A stretch of 64,000 nucleotides of DNA from the NCBI GenBank assembly GCA_000165345.1, contig CM000432.1, positions 192,001-256,000 of the forward strand, written 5' to 3'. Each line of letters opens with the position of its first letter. Within the stretch, counting starts at the first letter, position 1. Shown in pieces: positions 1-9,536 of the stretch. Position numbers and translations under genes: made by a program. The notes beneath the pieces were generated by a model that saw nothing but the letters and a program-made list of their open reading frames with translations, was not told the origin of the DNA and did not search any database.

Positions 1-309
1 GCATTTTCTAGAGATCCAAAGGGGTATAAGACATCAAATTGCGAGAATATTAGATATGCACAAAAGATGTATGTACAACATCTGATGCTTGAGAATAGTC
101 AAGAAATTTACGAGAATATGATAGAAAAATGTGGTTACTTTTACCTTTGCGGTACTAAACAGGTTCCTATTGATATTAGGAAGGCAATAATCCAGATAAT
201 TATTAAACACAGCTCCACAACAGAGCAGGTAACCTCTGAAGAAGATGCTAATAGTATTTTGAATAGTATTCAGATAATGGGTAGATATAATGTCGAAGCC
301 TGGTCATAG
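1..309 (+). CDS. 3' fragment of a NADPH-cytochrome P450 reductase / diflavin oxidoreductase-like gene, truncated at the window edge
   Basis: Frame 1 is open from base 1. It translates to AFSRDPKGYKTSNCENIRYAQKMYVQHLM...GRYNVEAWS*. The AFSRD...YVQH and C-terminal GRY..D/EVWS motifs are characteristic of the FAD/NADPH-binding C-terminus of the CPR family. Confidence 0.55.
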   Translation, partial: AFSRDPKGYKTSNCENIRYAQKMYVQHLMLENSQEIYENMIEKCGYFYLCGTKQVPIDIRKAIIQIIIKHSSTTEQVTSEEDANSILNSIQIMGRYNVEAWS

Positions 310-600
310 AAAAAAATTATTATTAAATAAAACTTGAGAACTGAGACACTACAATTCAAAAAATAAGAGTTCAAAGTTTTCAATTTTTGGTTTTAAATAT
401 ACATTTTTTCAATTTTTTAAAAAAGCTATCATAGCCTTTGAAATTCTACTAATTTTTATTTCTATTTGATCAATTTCAATATTTGTGAGCTAATTACTAT
501 TTACATGCATTTTCAAGCACATTAGGTTTTTTCTCTTAAAATTGCACATACCGGCATCGAGCACACATTACATGTAAATTTTCTGTTAGATAGCAAATAC

Positions 601-628
601 TAATTGCATGCATATTCATGTGGACAAA
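601..628. promoter_or_regulatory. TGCATGCATATTCATGTGGACAAA block, with a near-identical copy at 60561-60587
   Basis: The core GCATGCAT[AT]TTCATGTGGAC[AG]AA is identical at two distant intergenic sites. TGTGGAC cores also occur at 5238-5246 (reverse strand) and 19276-19284. Confidence 0.35.
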
Positions 629-795
629 ATGAATTCGGCGAAGGCGCCTTGCTAATCCATCTACTAATAAATATTAGTGGCGATGGGCGATTAATAGAAA
701 AGTAGTTAGAATAGCAGAGGGTTTGTGCGGAAATTCTAGAACAAAAACAAAGATTACATCATCGTTCCGGTTAAAAGTTTCGAATTAAATCCTAT

Positions 796-2079
796 TTATT
801 TTTCCAAGTGCTCGACTTCAAATTGAATTCCTAAATCTTGGCATTGTTTGATAGCTGAGACTCCAAAAAGAGTAGAGGGTGTTGAAAATCCAGCAGTTTG
901 TGGGAGATTATCATAATCAAAAATGATCGAGAAAGAGCAAGCAAGTGCAGTAACTGCAGAAATACTATAAGTCTCAAGATCTCGTGCCTGAACAACACAT
1001 TTGTAGCTCTTTCCTTGCATTGTAGTTCCAACAAAGGTTGAATTAATAACAGTATCCTTAGCCTTTGAAACATCTGGTCCTGTTCCAATCAAATATGGTG
1101 CTCCACAATGAACCATCTTTGAGATGATATATCTTTCAGATAAGAATCTTCCAATCTTATCCTTAAAGCAACCAGTAAGAGCAGATAAATAAGAATTATT
1201 GATAGATCTTGAGGAAAAAACAAAATCCATACCATATGGATAACCCATTTCTTCATTTGCAAAATGTACAAACATTGAATAAGGACCGGAAAGCATATTT
1301 GGTGAAGTCCATGATTGAAGACTAGAGTTGTAAATTGGCTTACAAGCAACTCTATTTTTTTCAGTAACTTCTGCAATGTTACTAAGACATAAAGTTCCAT
1401 TACACATTCCATAAGGATCATTTTGTTTTATTTCATTCCTCATTGGGCCGTTTATTGTCAATAAAACACTCTTCACTGTTCCATAACTTGCTGATTGGTT
1501 ATATCCATCATGCTGAGAATAGTGTATGACTTCTTGACATGGGAGACCACTTGTTTGTGCCGCAAAGTTTTGAAGATGCAATAATCCTAAATCAACAATA
1601 GTTGAGACAAATCCACAACTTGTGGCAAATTTCAAACCCTTGGATGCAATTGAAGCTCCATATAATTTTTGCATTTTTTTTGCCCATGCATACTCACCGG
1701 ACAAATCTATATAATGAGTGTAATGCTCACAGCATAGGCTCACAATAATCTCACCGCATTCAGTATATGGCCCAGAAACATTGATACAAACTTTTGAATT
1801 TGCAATGCATTTTCCAATTTCCTCATTATTATTACATACAAACATTGGGACAGAGGAAATCATTTCTTCACCTTTAGAAGTACCTGTTTCTTTGTCTAAA
1901 GTATCAATAAGGCACTTTCTAAGGGCTTCCATTTTATCTACACTTCTTCCTCCAAAGCAGTAATTTAAGTTTGTTGTTCCTGGTTTATATGTTCTTACAA
2001 GTAAATCACATATTAAATTCCCTGTGAAGCCAGTGGATCCCCAAATAAATAAATCATATTGTTTTTGTGGTCCGGACAT
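796..2079 (-). CDS. saccharopine dehydrogenase-like (SCCPDH family) NAD(P)-binding oxidoreductase
   Basis: 427-aa ORF starting at an ATG. The N-terminus YDLFIWGSTGFTGNLICDLLV is a Rossmann GxxGxxG motif typical of saccharopine dehydrogenase-like proteins, and the long C-terminal domain fits that family. Confidence 0.65.
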   Translation of the reverse strand: MSGPQKQYDLFIWGSTGFTGNLICDLLVRTYKPGTTNLNYCFGGRSVDKMEALRKCLIDTLDKETGTSKGEEMISSVPMFVCNNNEEIGKCIANSKVCINVSGPYTECGEIIVSLCCEHYTHYIDLSGEYAWAKKMQKLYGASIASKGLKFATSCGFVSTIVDLGLLHLQNFAAQTSGLPCQEVIHYSQHDGYNQSASYGTVKSVLLTINGPMRNEIKQNDPYGMCNGTLCLSNIAEVTEKNRVACKPIYNSSLQSWTSPNMLSGPYSMFVHFANEEMGYPYGMDFVFSSRSINNSYLSALTGCFKDKIGRFLSERYIISKMVHCGAPYLIGTGPDVSKAKDTVINSTFVGTTMQGKSYKCVVQARDLETYSISAVTALACSFSIIFDYDNLPQTAGFSTPSTLFGVSAIKQCQDLGIQFEVEHLEK

Positions 2080-2609
2080 CTCTGATTAACTATTAGAAAA
2101 AAAAGATTACTCTTAAATTTCGGTCAAAATGTCCCTATTTCAGAAGAAGCTGTTAAAATCCAAAATTGGTTATTTGGATTTCTTACCTCAACAAAGCTTC
2201 TTTTTAGATTCTTTGATTTAAGAATTGTTCAATTCTATTCTTCGCCCCTCAATTCACTATTAATATATTAAATATGTCTACTATCCAAATATAGCTTCTT
2301 GAATGACTATTATTGTATTATTTATCCTGCACATTATATGTGAAAATTAGATCTATCCACATAAACATTAATTATTAATTCAATATATTTCCCCTCTTTG
2401 CCGCCTAAACTTTGCGCTGGTTATAATTTGACGAAAAAAGTTTAATGCATGGAATTAATATGTGAAGTTGAGGGAAGGAAGACTTAGGAGAAGTGGATAA
2501 ATAATTAAAAATAAGGTAATATGAATAAATAAGAACAAAGTAGGTTATATAAGCATTATTTAATGCTGTAGATTTAAATATATAAGTTAAAACTAATCTA
2601 TTAGTTTAC

Positions 2610-3284
2610 TCAAAGCAAGCTAATGAGCGATTTTTGGCTAATTTTACTCTCATTACTTTCAATGAGCGGTTTTTCGTAGGTTTTTGATTTATTAGGGTCG
2701 ACGTTTCCTTGTTGGGTTGGATTATTAGCATCTAATTTCTCAGATTTCTTCATACGATGAGCTTTTTCTACCTGTTGTAGATAAAAGTTGTTTTCCTTTT
2801 GAACTTGAGTAATTCTGGCTTGAAGTTTGGTTTTTCTAACAGATTTTAGATATCTGTTATGTTCTGTCAGATTATGCCACTTGAAATTGGATAAATATTT
2901 AATACACCAAATGTCATCTCTCCAAGCATTATGCCTTTTTTTACCTCCAACATTTGTATTATTTAATGAGCTTGCAACTATTTTTGCAACTTTTTTATCT
3001 TTGAATTCAACCCAACCATCAATATATCTGATATAGTTTCCACCCTTCATTTTAACTCTCTGCTCATGTTTTGATTTGTCTTCAGGTCTTAGAAAAATTC
3101 GGTCTACCTCACCAAATTTGGACATTATTTCTCTAATATGATGAGGTTGCATTTTTGGAGGTATTCTGGAAATATATATAATTCCTCTATTTTTTTCATC
3201 ATTAATAGCGTTTTCAAATGCAGAAAGAATTTCACTTTTCTCGTTAGTTTTGTTTAATTCTTTAGTAGTTTCTTCTGGAGTCAT
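2610..3284 (-). CDS. ESF2: ESF2/ABT1-family nucleolar RRM protein (pre-rRNA processing)
   Basis: 224 aa. The segments IIYISRIPPKM...FGEVDRIFLRPED and WVEFKDKKVAKIVASSLNNTNVGGKKRHNAWRDDIWCIKYLSNFKWHNLTEH closely match the ABT1/Esf2 conserved core (FVEFEDKKVARIVAASLHNT...RYDLWSLKYL.F.W.HL.EH). Confidence 0.8.
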   Translation of the reverse strand: MTPEETTKELNKTNEKSEILSAFENAINDEKNRGIIYISRIPPKMQPHHIREIMSKFGEVDRIFLRPEDKSKHEQRVKMKGGNYIRYIDGWVEFKDKKVAKIVASSLNNTNVGGKKRHNAWRDDIWCIKYLSNFKWHNLTEHNRYLKSVRKTKLQARITQVQKENNFYLQQVEKAHRMKKSEKLDANNPTQQGNVDPNKSKTYEKPLIESNESKISQKSLISLL

Positions 3285-3471
3285 TTTGATATGTATTCGA
3301 GAATAGGATGGTTTTGCTTCATCAAAGAAAATAAATAATAAGATAATCAGACTTTTAGATTTGGAATTTAATTAACAGTTTGAGTTAAAAGTCAAAATTT
3401 CGCTGCTTACCTTTGAAAAGCTATTTTTTTCTAAATTGTAAAAAATAATCAATTTTTGACAAAACTGTCAG

Positions 3472-3483
3472 TTGGCGCCAAAG
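3472..3483. promoter_or_regulatory. E2F-like site TTGGCGCCAAAGG between NAP1 (3' end) and ESF2 (5' end)
   Basis: The same GC-rich motif class. It lies about 190 bp upstream of the ESF2 ATG. Confidence 0.4.
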
Positions 3484-3768
3484 GTTAAAAAAATATATTA
3501 CCAAATATTAAAGAAAGAGAAATGATAATAGAAAATAAGAATTGTAAATAATATAAGCAATGGTTAATGAAAGTACTAATGATATAAATAGTTTAATGAA
3601 GGGAAAAATACCCTGAATTAAAGGTGAAAGGAAGGATAGATATTGCTTTATTAGTCTTTTGTATTAATTTGAAGATTTATTGCATTTGCAAGTTTAAAAT
3701 GAAAACATGATAATTTCTATTTAGTTAGAAAATTATACCAGCATAATATGTCTGTTAATTATTATTTG

Positions 3769-4770
3769 TTAATTTCTTTTAAAAGATTTTGCATTACTCA
3801 TGTTTCCAAATAAGTTCTTTTTATTGCTACGATTACTGATTTTATTAGATCTGTCATCTTCACTATCTGAATCAGTATCGCTATTACTTTCACTACTACT
3901 TTCTGATTCACTATCAGATTCGTCTTCATCTACATTAAGGATATCACCTTCGTCATCTTCTTCAAGTTCGTCATCTTCATCAACAGCTTCACCAGTAAAC
4001 CAATATAGAGAGTATGGAATCAATTTATCCCTAATAAAGATTCCCATTTCATAATCAGTTTCTACAGTGGATTCAAGTTCCATAATATCGAAACGATCCA
4101 TTTTTGCAAGTTCTTCGTCAGAAGGAACATTTAAAGATTTAAAGAAATTAAAGAAGCTTTCTCTATGGACAGTTTCTGTCACAATACGAACTTCTTTGGA
4201 TTGTTTATGTCTTTGCCTTCTGACAACAACCTCTTGAGTAGGGTCTCTTCCTTGCTTCCATTCAATTTTGCTTACAACAGTATTGCTTAATAATGGCTCA
4301 TCGTCTTCTAAGAAAACCATAACATATTCTTTTTTAATATTTGTGCCTTCAAAGAAGGGATTTGGAGCAAAGTTGAAATTAAGAATAAAACCAGATTGTT
4401 GCTCTGAAGTCCATTCCGAGGTAATATTCTTAAGATATGAAAGAATAGGAATGTCATACTCTTCAATGGCTGACCCTAGCATTCTGCTGTTCCTCATTGC
4501 AGTAATCCAAAATTGAGGTAGTCCAGGAGTTCCAGATTCTTCAACAGTGCCTGATTCCAAAATTTGATCTCTTTTACTATAAATTTCGTTATACTGAGCT
4601 TCAAATTTTGAACGGAGTTTTCGCATTTCTGCCAAGTATTCCTTTTCTATCAAGTTAAATTCAATCTGCAAATCTTTAAGTTTTTTGAGAGATTGCCTGC
4701 TCTCATCAGATAAATGTTGTTCGAACTCGTCGATTTCTTCTATCTTGTCTCCAGAAGTGTTAGTATTCAT
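3769..4770 (-). CDS. nucleosome assembly protein (NAP1 family) with an acidic Ser/Asp-rich C-terminal tail
   Basis: 333 aa. NAP motifs are present (FWITAMRNSRMLGSAIEEYDIPILSYLKNI, FNFAPNPFFEGTNIKKEYV), followed by the long acidic tail typical of NAP. Confidence 0.8.
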   Translation of the reverse strand: MNTNTSGDKIEEIDEFEQHLSDESRQSLKKLKDLQIEFNLIEKEYLAEMRKLRSKFEAQYNEIYSKRDQILESGTVEESGTPGLPQFWITAMRNSRMLGSAIEEYDIPILSYLKNITSEWTSEQQSGFILNFNFAPNPFFEGTNIKKEYVMVFLEDDEPLLSNTVVSKIEWKQGRDPTQEVVVRRQRHKQSKEVRIVTETVHRESFFNFFKSLNVPSDEELAKMDRFDIMELESTVETDYEMGIFIRDKLIPYSLYWFTGEAVDEDDELEEDDEGDILNVDEDESDSESESSSESNSDTDSDSEDDRSNKISNRSNKKNLFGNMSNAKSFKRN

Positions 4771-5483
4771 CTTAACTTTTTTATAGGCACTAGAAATTTG
4801 AATTAAATGAAGCTATTCTTGACGACAGAATAACGATTTTGTAAATTTTGACATTAATTTATAGCTCTGTTTTCATGGCGGGAAAATCCATTAGGTTTAA
4901 CTTAACTAACATTTTATAAGCCATTATCATTCAGGTAGTTTATAGCTTTATGACTAGACAATAAATTATTATGATTTTTTTAATGTTAGAAAATAAGTGT
5001 TGAATTAAACTACAAAAGTAATGAATTTTAGTGCTTTTGAACTTAAAATACATCTGTTGGTCTTCTTAAGAATTGATTTTAATTATAAATTTTTTTTAAA
5101 GTATTGCTACATTCAAAATTAATAATTATTGAATCTTTTTTTTCATAAAATGTTTACTTACGTGTCATGTGTTTGTTGTTTTTTTAATTAATAAGTAAAT
5201 TGCATGTAACACCGGTATAGTAATGTTTCTTAATTTTGTCCACATGCAAATATTTATGAATGAATAAAAAAATATAAAGGTACACACATAGTCAAAGTAT
5301 GAACTAAAAAAAAAAATCAATTAATTAAATAATTTAAAAATTTGTTCAAACAAGGAGACTAAGAGAGAATATTAATATACAAAACATAGAGCATTTATTC
5401 AAATTTAAAATAATTGCGTTTTGCAATACAAGATAAATGAAATTAGAATAGAAAATCACAAAAAAGGTGAATAATTAATAAAA

Positions 5484-7538
5484 ATGACTCATTACGACAA
5501 AAATAGCGATTTTATTGAAGATAATATTTTTGGAATCTTGAATAATGAGCAGGATTCAATTGAAAATTTAAAGAAAGGTGAGTAGAAGTAATTAATGCAA
5601 ATTTGATGATTAATAGCAAAGTATTTAGCAAATCTAATATATGAAGAAATTAATCAAAAAATTACCAATGAGAGAGAAAATACAATAGATATTAAAGTAA
5701 GTAAAAACAATCTAAAAATCATTTTGTTTATCATAAGTAATATGATGAGCATGATTAAAATAAAAATATTGGTATATTAATTTCTTGATAATTTATTATG
5801 AAATAGAACCAGTTAGAATCACTAATACAAATAATTGACCATGTAAAAGAAATGGAGGACCAAATCATGGAATATTTGAAATCGCAAAAAGTTGTTAAAG
5901 AAAAGGCAAGAGTTGAAATGGACAATAAATATAAAGAATCGCTTGAGGAAAAGAATATAGAGAGGAAGAAAGCAGAGGAAGAATTGGGTAGGATAATAGA
6001 TCAAATTAAAGAGAAGAATGGAGAATTAAGTAAGATGGACATTATGATAAAGGATGTATCTAAGGATAATGATTCAATTTTAAAGGTATGTTTAAAAGAA
6101 TTTAATAATGCTTATAACTATCAACTTGTTAATAAAATATAAAATAGTCAATTGAGAGTTGGAATGAAAAGAAAAATCAATGGAGAAGAGTAATTGATGA
6201 GCAAGAAAAAAAAAAGGAACAACTTTCAGATTTGAGTAGCTATTTATCCGAGAGATTCAAAAATTTGAATGATGAGTATAATCAAATTCTTCAGGAGAAG
6301 AAGGGTTTAATTGCTTCAAAAGATAATTTAGAGATTTTGATTGAAAAGTCAAAAAAAGAAGGAGAAGAGAAAATGAGAGAATTATATAAAGTGGATAAGG
6401 AAATAAAAGATGAATTAGAGGAAAAGGTGAATGAAAATAATAATATTTCAGCAGAAATATCGAAATTGAAAGAGAATAATGAAACAAATGAGAAAAAAAA
6501 AGTTTCTATTGAGGAAGAAATCGTTAAATTAGAAAATGATTTAATTTTAAAAGCAGATGAAATTAAGTTAAGTAAGGAGGATTTATTGAGAATTAGTGAT
6601 GAGTTGGATAAAAAAAAGCTAGAAACATCCAAATTTATACAGGAGTTGGTTGAAAATAAAAGATGTTTGGATGAAATTAATGAATTAAATATACTCTTAG
6701 AAAGCAAAAGAGAGAAATTGAGACAAATGGATGCAAAGAGTGAATCTAGTAATAGTTATTACAATATAATTGAGTTGGAGCATATCAATGAAGCTAATAA
6801 CCTACTTGAGCATGAGATTTTGTCATTGAATTCAAAAATAAAACAAGATGAGAAGGTTTTAATTGATGAGATTTCTAAATTAAAAGAATCGAAAGTGCTT
6901 GTTTCAGCTGAAGATATTGAAAAATCATTAACAGAATTGGAGATGGAATTAGCTGAAGACAAATTGGATAAGATTTCATTAATTGAGAATTTTGATCAAG
7001 ATGAAACAAAAATGGATGATATATTAAACCAAATTTCTAAAATACGTCAATTATTGAATGAACAAGAAAATGATAACAATAATAATGAAGAAGAAATTTC
7101 GATTAAGAAAAGAAAGGGAAAATTAAAAAGGAGCAAAGCAAAGAATACTCAATCTATGGAACATGTTTTAATACAGTCATTAAGAATGATACAAAAAATA
7201 GATCAATTTAGAGTAGGATCAATTAATCAAAGTTCAGATATCAAAGAGACTCAGAAGATAAATAACATTATTACAACCGAAAATGATAATAATCGAATAG
7301 TGAAGCCTCTTGAAAGTCCAAAGAGTGGGGTATCCGGCCTTGGAAGAAGAGTAATGATTTCTAATAGAAGACTGCTAACACCAAGAAAGGTAAGTTAATA
7401 AGAAAAAAAAAGATAAATTACAAAAATTTAACACTACATTAACAACTCCAGGGTTTATTTGCACCTATTCCACAATCTAGTCGCCACAGAGGATCTAGAT
7501 GTGGAGACGACGATACTCTATTTGGATCTGATTTATAA
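5484..7538 (+). CDS. coiled-coil protein, 5-exon gene model with no recognised family
   Basis: Proposed exons are 5484-5577, 5629-5696, 5807-6085, 6148-7389 and 7452-7538. Donors are GTGAGT (5578), GTAAGT (5697), GTATGT (6086) and GTAAGT (7390). Acceptors are tttag (5628), aaatag (5806), aaaatag (6147) and ctccag (7451). All junctions keep one frame and join track ORFs 5852..6142 and 6232..7398. The last exon reads GLFAPIPQSSRHRGSRCGDDDTLFGSDL*. The product is K/E-rich with heptad periodicity. Confidence 0.5.
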
Positions 7539-7596
7539 CTACATAAAAAAAGTCAGATTAAAAAAAAATTTGGTTCATTTGAAAAATTAAATCATT

Positions 7597-8187
7597 CTAA
7601 AATGAGTCCTTAAGATAACTGGAAACACCTTCATGAGTAGCTGACATTCCTTTTTGGCCCTTCTTCCAGTTTGCTGGGCAAACTTCACCATAGGTTTCAG
7701 TGAATTGAAGTGCATCAATAACACGTAGAGTTTCTTCGACTGATCTTCCTAATGGTAAGTCATAGATTACTTCAGAACGAACAACACCCTCCTTGTCAAT
7801 GATGAATAAACCTCTGAGAGCAATACCTTCTTCCTCGAGAAGTACACCATAGTTCTTGCTAATTGAATGAGATGAGTCAGAGATAAGTGGGAAATTGACT
7901 GGTCCAATTCCACCTTGTTCAAGAGGAGTACGTCTCCATGCAGCATGGGAGTATTGAGAATCAACTGAGACAGCGAGGAGCTGTACTCCCAATTTCTCAA
8001 AGTCTTTTTGTGCTTGATTGAATGCTAAGATTTCAGATGGACATACAAATGTGAAGTTTAATGGATAGAAGAACAATACAACGTATTTTCCTCTGTAGTC
8101 GCTCAAGGAGACCTTCTTGAATGAACCATCTGCCATAACAGCTTCAGCAGTAAAGTTTGGTGCTAACTTTCTAACTAATGTACTCAT
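7597..8187 (-). CDS. typical 2-Cys peroxiredoxin (thioredoxin peroxidase)
   Basis: 196 aa. It carries the peroxidatic Cys motif FFYPLNFTFVCPSEI and the resolving Cys context GEVCPANW. It is full length with an ATG start. Confidence 0.92.
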   Translation of the reverse strand: MSTLVRKLAPNFTAEAVMADGSFKKVSLSDYRGKYVVLFFYPLNFTFVCPSEILAFNQAQKDFEKLGVQLLAVSVDSQYSHAAWRRTPLEQGGIGPVNFPLISDSSHSISKNYGVLLEEEGIALRGLFIIDKEGVVRSEVIYDLPLGRSVEETLRVIDALQFTETYGEVCPANWKKGQKGMSATHEGVSSYLKDSF

Positions 8188-8636
8188 TTCAATAGACTAT
8201 TGTATACTTTAAAATGGAATAATAGTGAATTTTGTAAAAAATATTTCACTTTACTGGAAATTAAATTAAATTCACAAATTGAATTTATTGATTCAAGGTC
8301 AATTTATTTTGTACCTAAATATCCTCAGTTATATCTCGAAGCAATAATGAGGGGTAATTCCCGGAATAATTTCTCCGAGTTGGCGCTTAAGTCTTAAAAA
8401 TGCATGTAAAAAAAAATAAGAAAAAAATAAAAAAAAAGAGAAAAATCGATTTGGATAAATTTATCACCTGGAATTAAGAGCTATTTGAATATGGAAAGTA
8501 TTGAAAAGCAGTAATTGATTGGTATTTTTTCTTTATTGAAGATAATCCTTGAATTAAAATGAACAAAATTTGCTTTTTTTTTTCTTTCAAGTTTGATCAA
8601 ATTATTAAATATTAGGGCTAAATTATTTCATTTTGA

Positions 8637-9113
8637 TTAAAATGATTGTAATTCAGAAAGTACAGTTGAAAATGTAGATCCAGCCTTTATAGTATTAATT
8701 CTAAATAACGGATAGTTATCCCAAGAACTGATCATGGAAAGGCAAAATCTGAGTTGACAAGATTTACTATATGTTAAAAGATTATAGTTAATAAATAAAC
8801 AATAAAAAAAAATAGTGGGAAAGAGTAACTTACTTAACATCTGTGACAAGAATTGCATGATTAGTTTGGTCTGATAAGAACAATATATGGTACTTGATAG
8901 GCGCAGAACCAATATTACCCAGAATATTTAATATGGAAGAATTGATTATTGCATTCAGAAGATCTGCATTAATAAAATTCTTTGGAATTCCCTCTCTATT
9001 AAGAAAACAGAGTGATTGAAGTTGGTAAAATTTAATATTGATAAGTATTTAACGTACATTTTAATAAGAATATATTCCAGATCACTTTTCTTTGTAAATG
9101 ACCATTTACTCAT
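8637..9113 (-). CDS. small 3-exon gene, possibly a roadblock/LC7 (Robl-fold) family protein
   Basis: Proposed exons are 9058-9113 (MSKWSFTKKSDLEYILIK), 8834-8995 (EGIPKNFINADLL...HAILVTDV) and 8637-8766 (KSCQLRFC...SELQSF*). The donors are GTACGT (9057-9052) and GTAAGT (8833-8828). The acceptors are tag (8996-8998) and tag (8767-8769). This joins two track ORFs. The EGIP...ILVTD pattern loosely resembles Roadblock/LAMTOR2 proteins, so the family assignment is tentative. Confidence 0.35.
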
Positions 9114-9277
9114 TTCCAAAGGAAATCGAAGTATAAATTCTTTTAACCCCAGCAATTTCTAAAAATTTTGAGCTATATTGATTATTTTAATAACCAATTT
9201 AAAAGCTAATTATTATAAAAGCTGTTAGGTTTTATAATATTTTTATTACTTTGGAAGAAAAGTAAAAAAAAAAACAC

Positions 9278-9305
9278 TTTCGGCGCCACAAAATTGCCGC
9301 CAAAG
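9278..9305. promoter_or_regulatory. paired E2F-like sites (TTTCGGCGCC ... TTGCCGCCAAAG) upstream of the Kazal-protein gene
   Basis: Two GC islands within 30 nt, about 230 bp 5' of the 9537 start. Confidence 0.4.
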
Positions 9306-9536
9306 TGTAGTGGTAGCCTATTAAGTAACTTAACCATGCAAAGTATGATAAAAAAGAAAAATTTGCACCAAATAAAGTATAAAAGAAATTTAATGAAAAT
9401 TTGAGAATTAAAAATACTTAGAATTTGAGTAGTTTAAAAATATAAGGTGAAGTTTAAGAAGAAAGTGGGTTGGTAAGCTAAAGGTGAATATTGAAAATAA
9501 ATCAATAAGGAAATCAAAAGAAGAAAAAAATTAGGG

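Noticed and set aside
540-760. Possible snoRNA or ncRNA in the moderately GC-rich stretch 540-760 (ATGATG/CTGA-like boxes)
   Set aside because: The box C/D matches are imperfect (GATGATGT rather than UGAUGA). There are no terminal stem and no guide complementarity I could verify. It is more simply 3' UTR plus regulatory motifs.
831-1421. Nested minus-strand ORFs (831..1088, 1089..1421) inside the SCCPDH-like gene, and similar small ORFs inside other genes (1781..1963, 6257..6707, 7767..8000, 50841..51290, 31595..31948 and others)
   Set aside because: They are alternative-frame or antisense ORFs wholly contained in a larger, homology-supported CDS. They have low-complexity translations and are typical AT-rich-genome noise.
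8200-8397. 65-aa plus-strand ORF just upstream of the peroxiredoxin start
   Set aside because: It has no homology and no splice or promoter context. It lies in the Prx 5' flanking region and is likely non-coding.
9153-9155. Track ORF start codons at 9155, 30714, 63159 and 27362 translated as Met
   Set aside because: The underlying codons are TTG/GTG/other (bacterial alternative starts). In this eukaryote the real start should be the first downstream ATG, so the coordinates were adjusted to 9113, 30765, 63153 and 27329.
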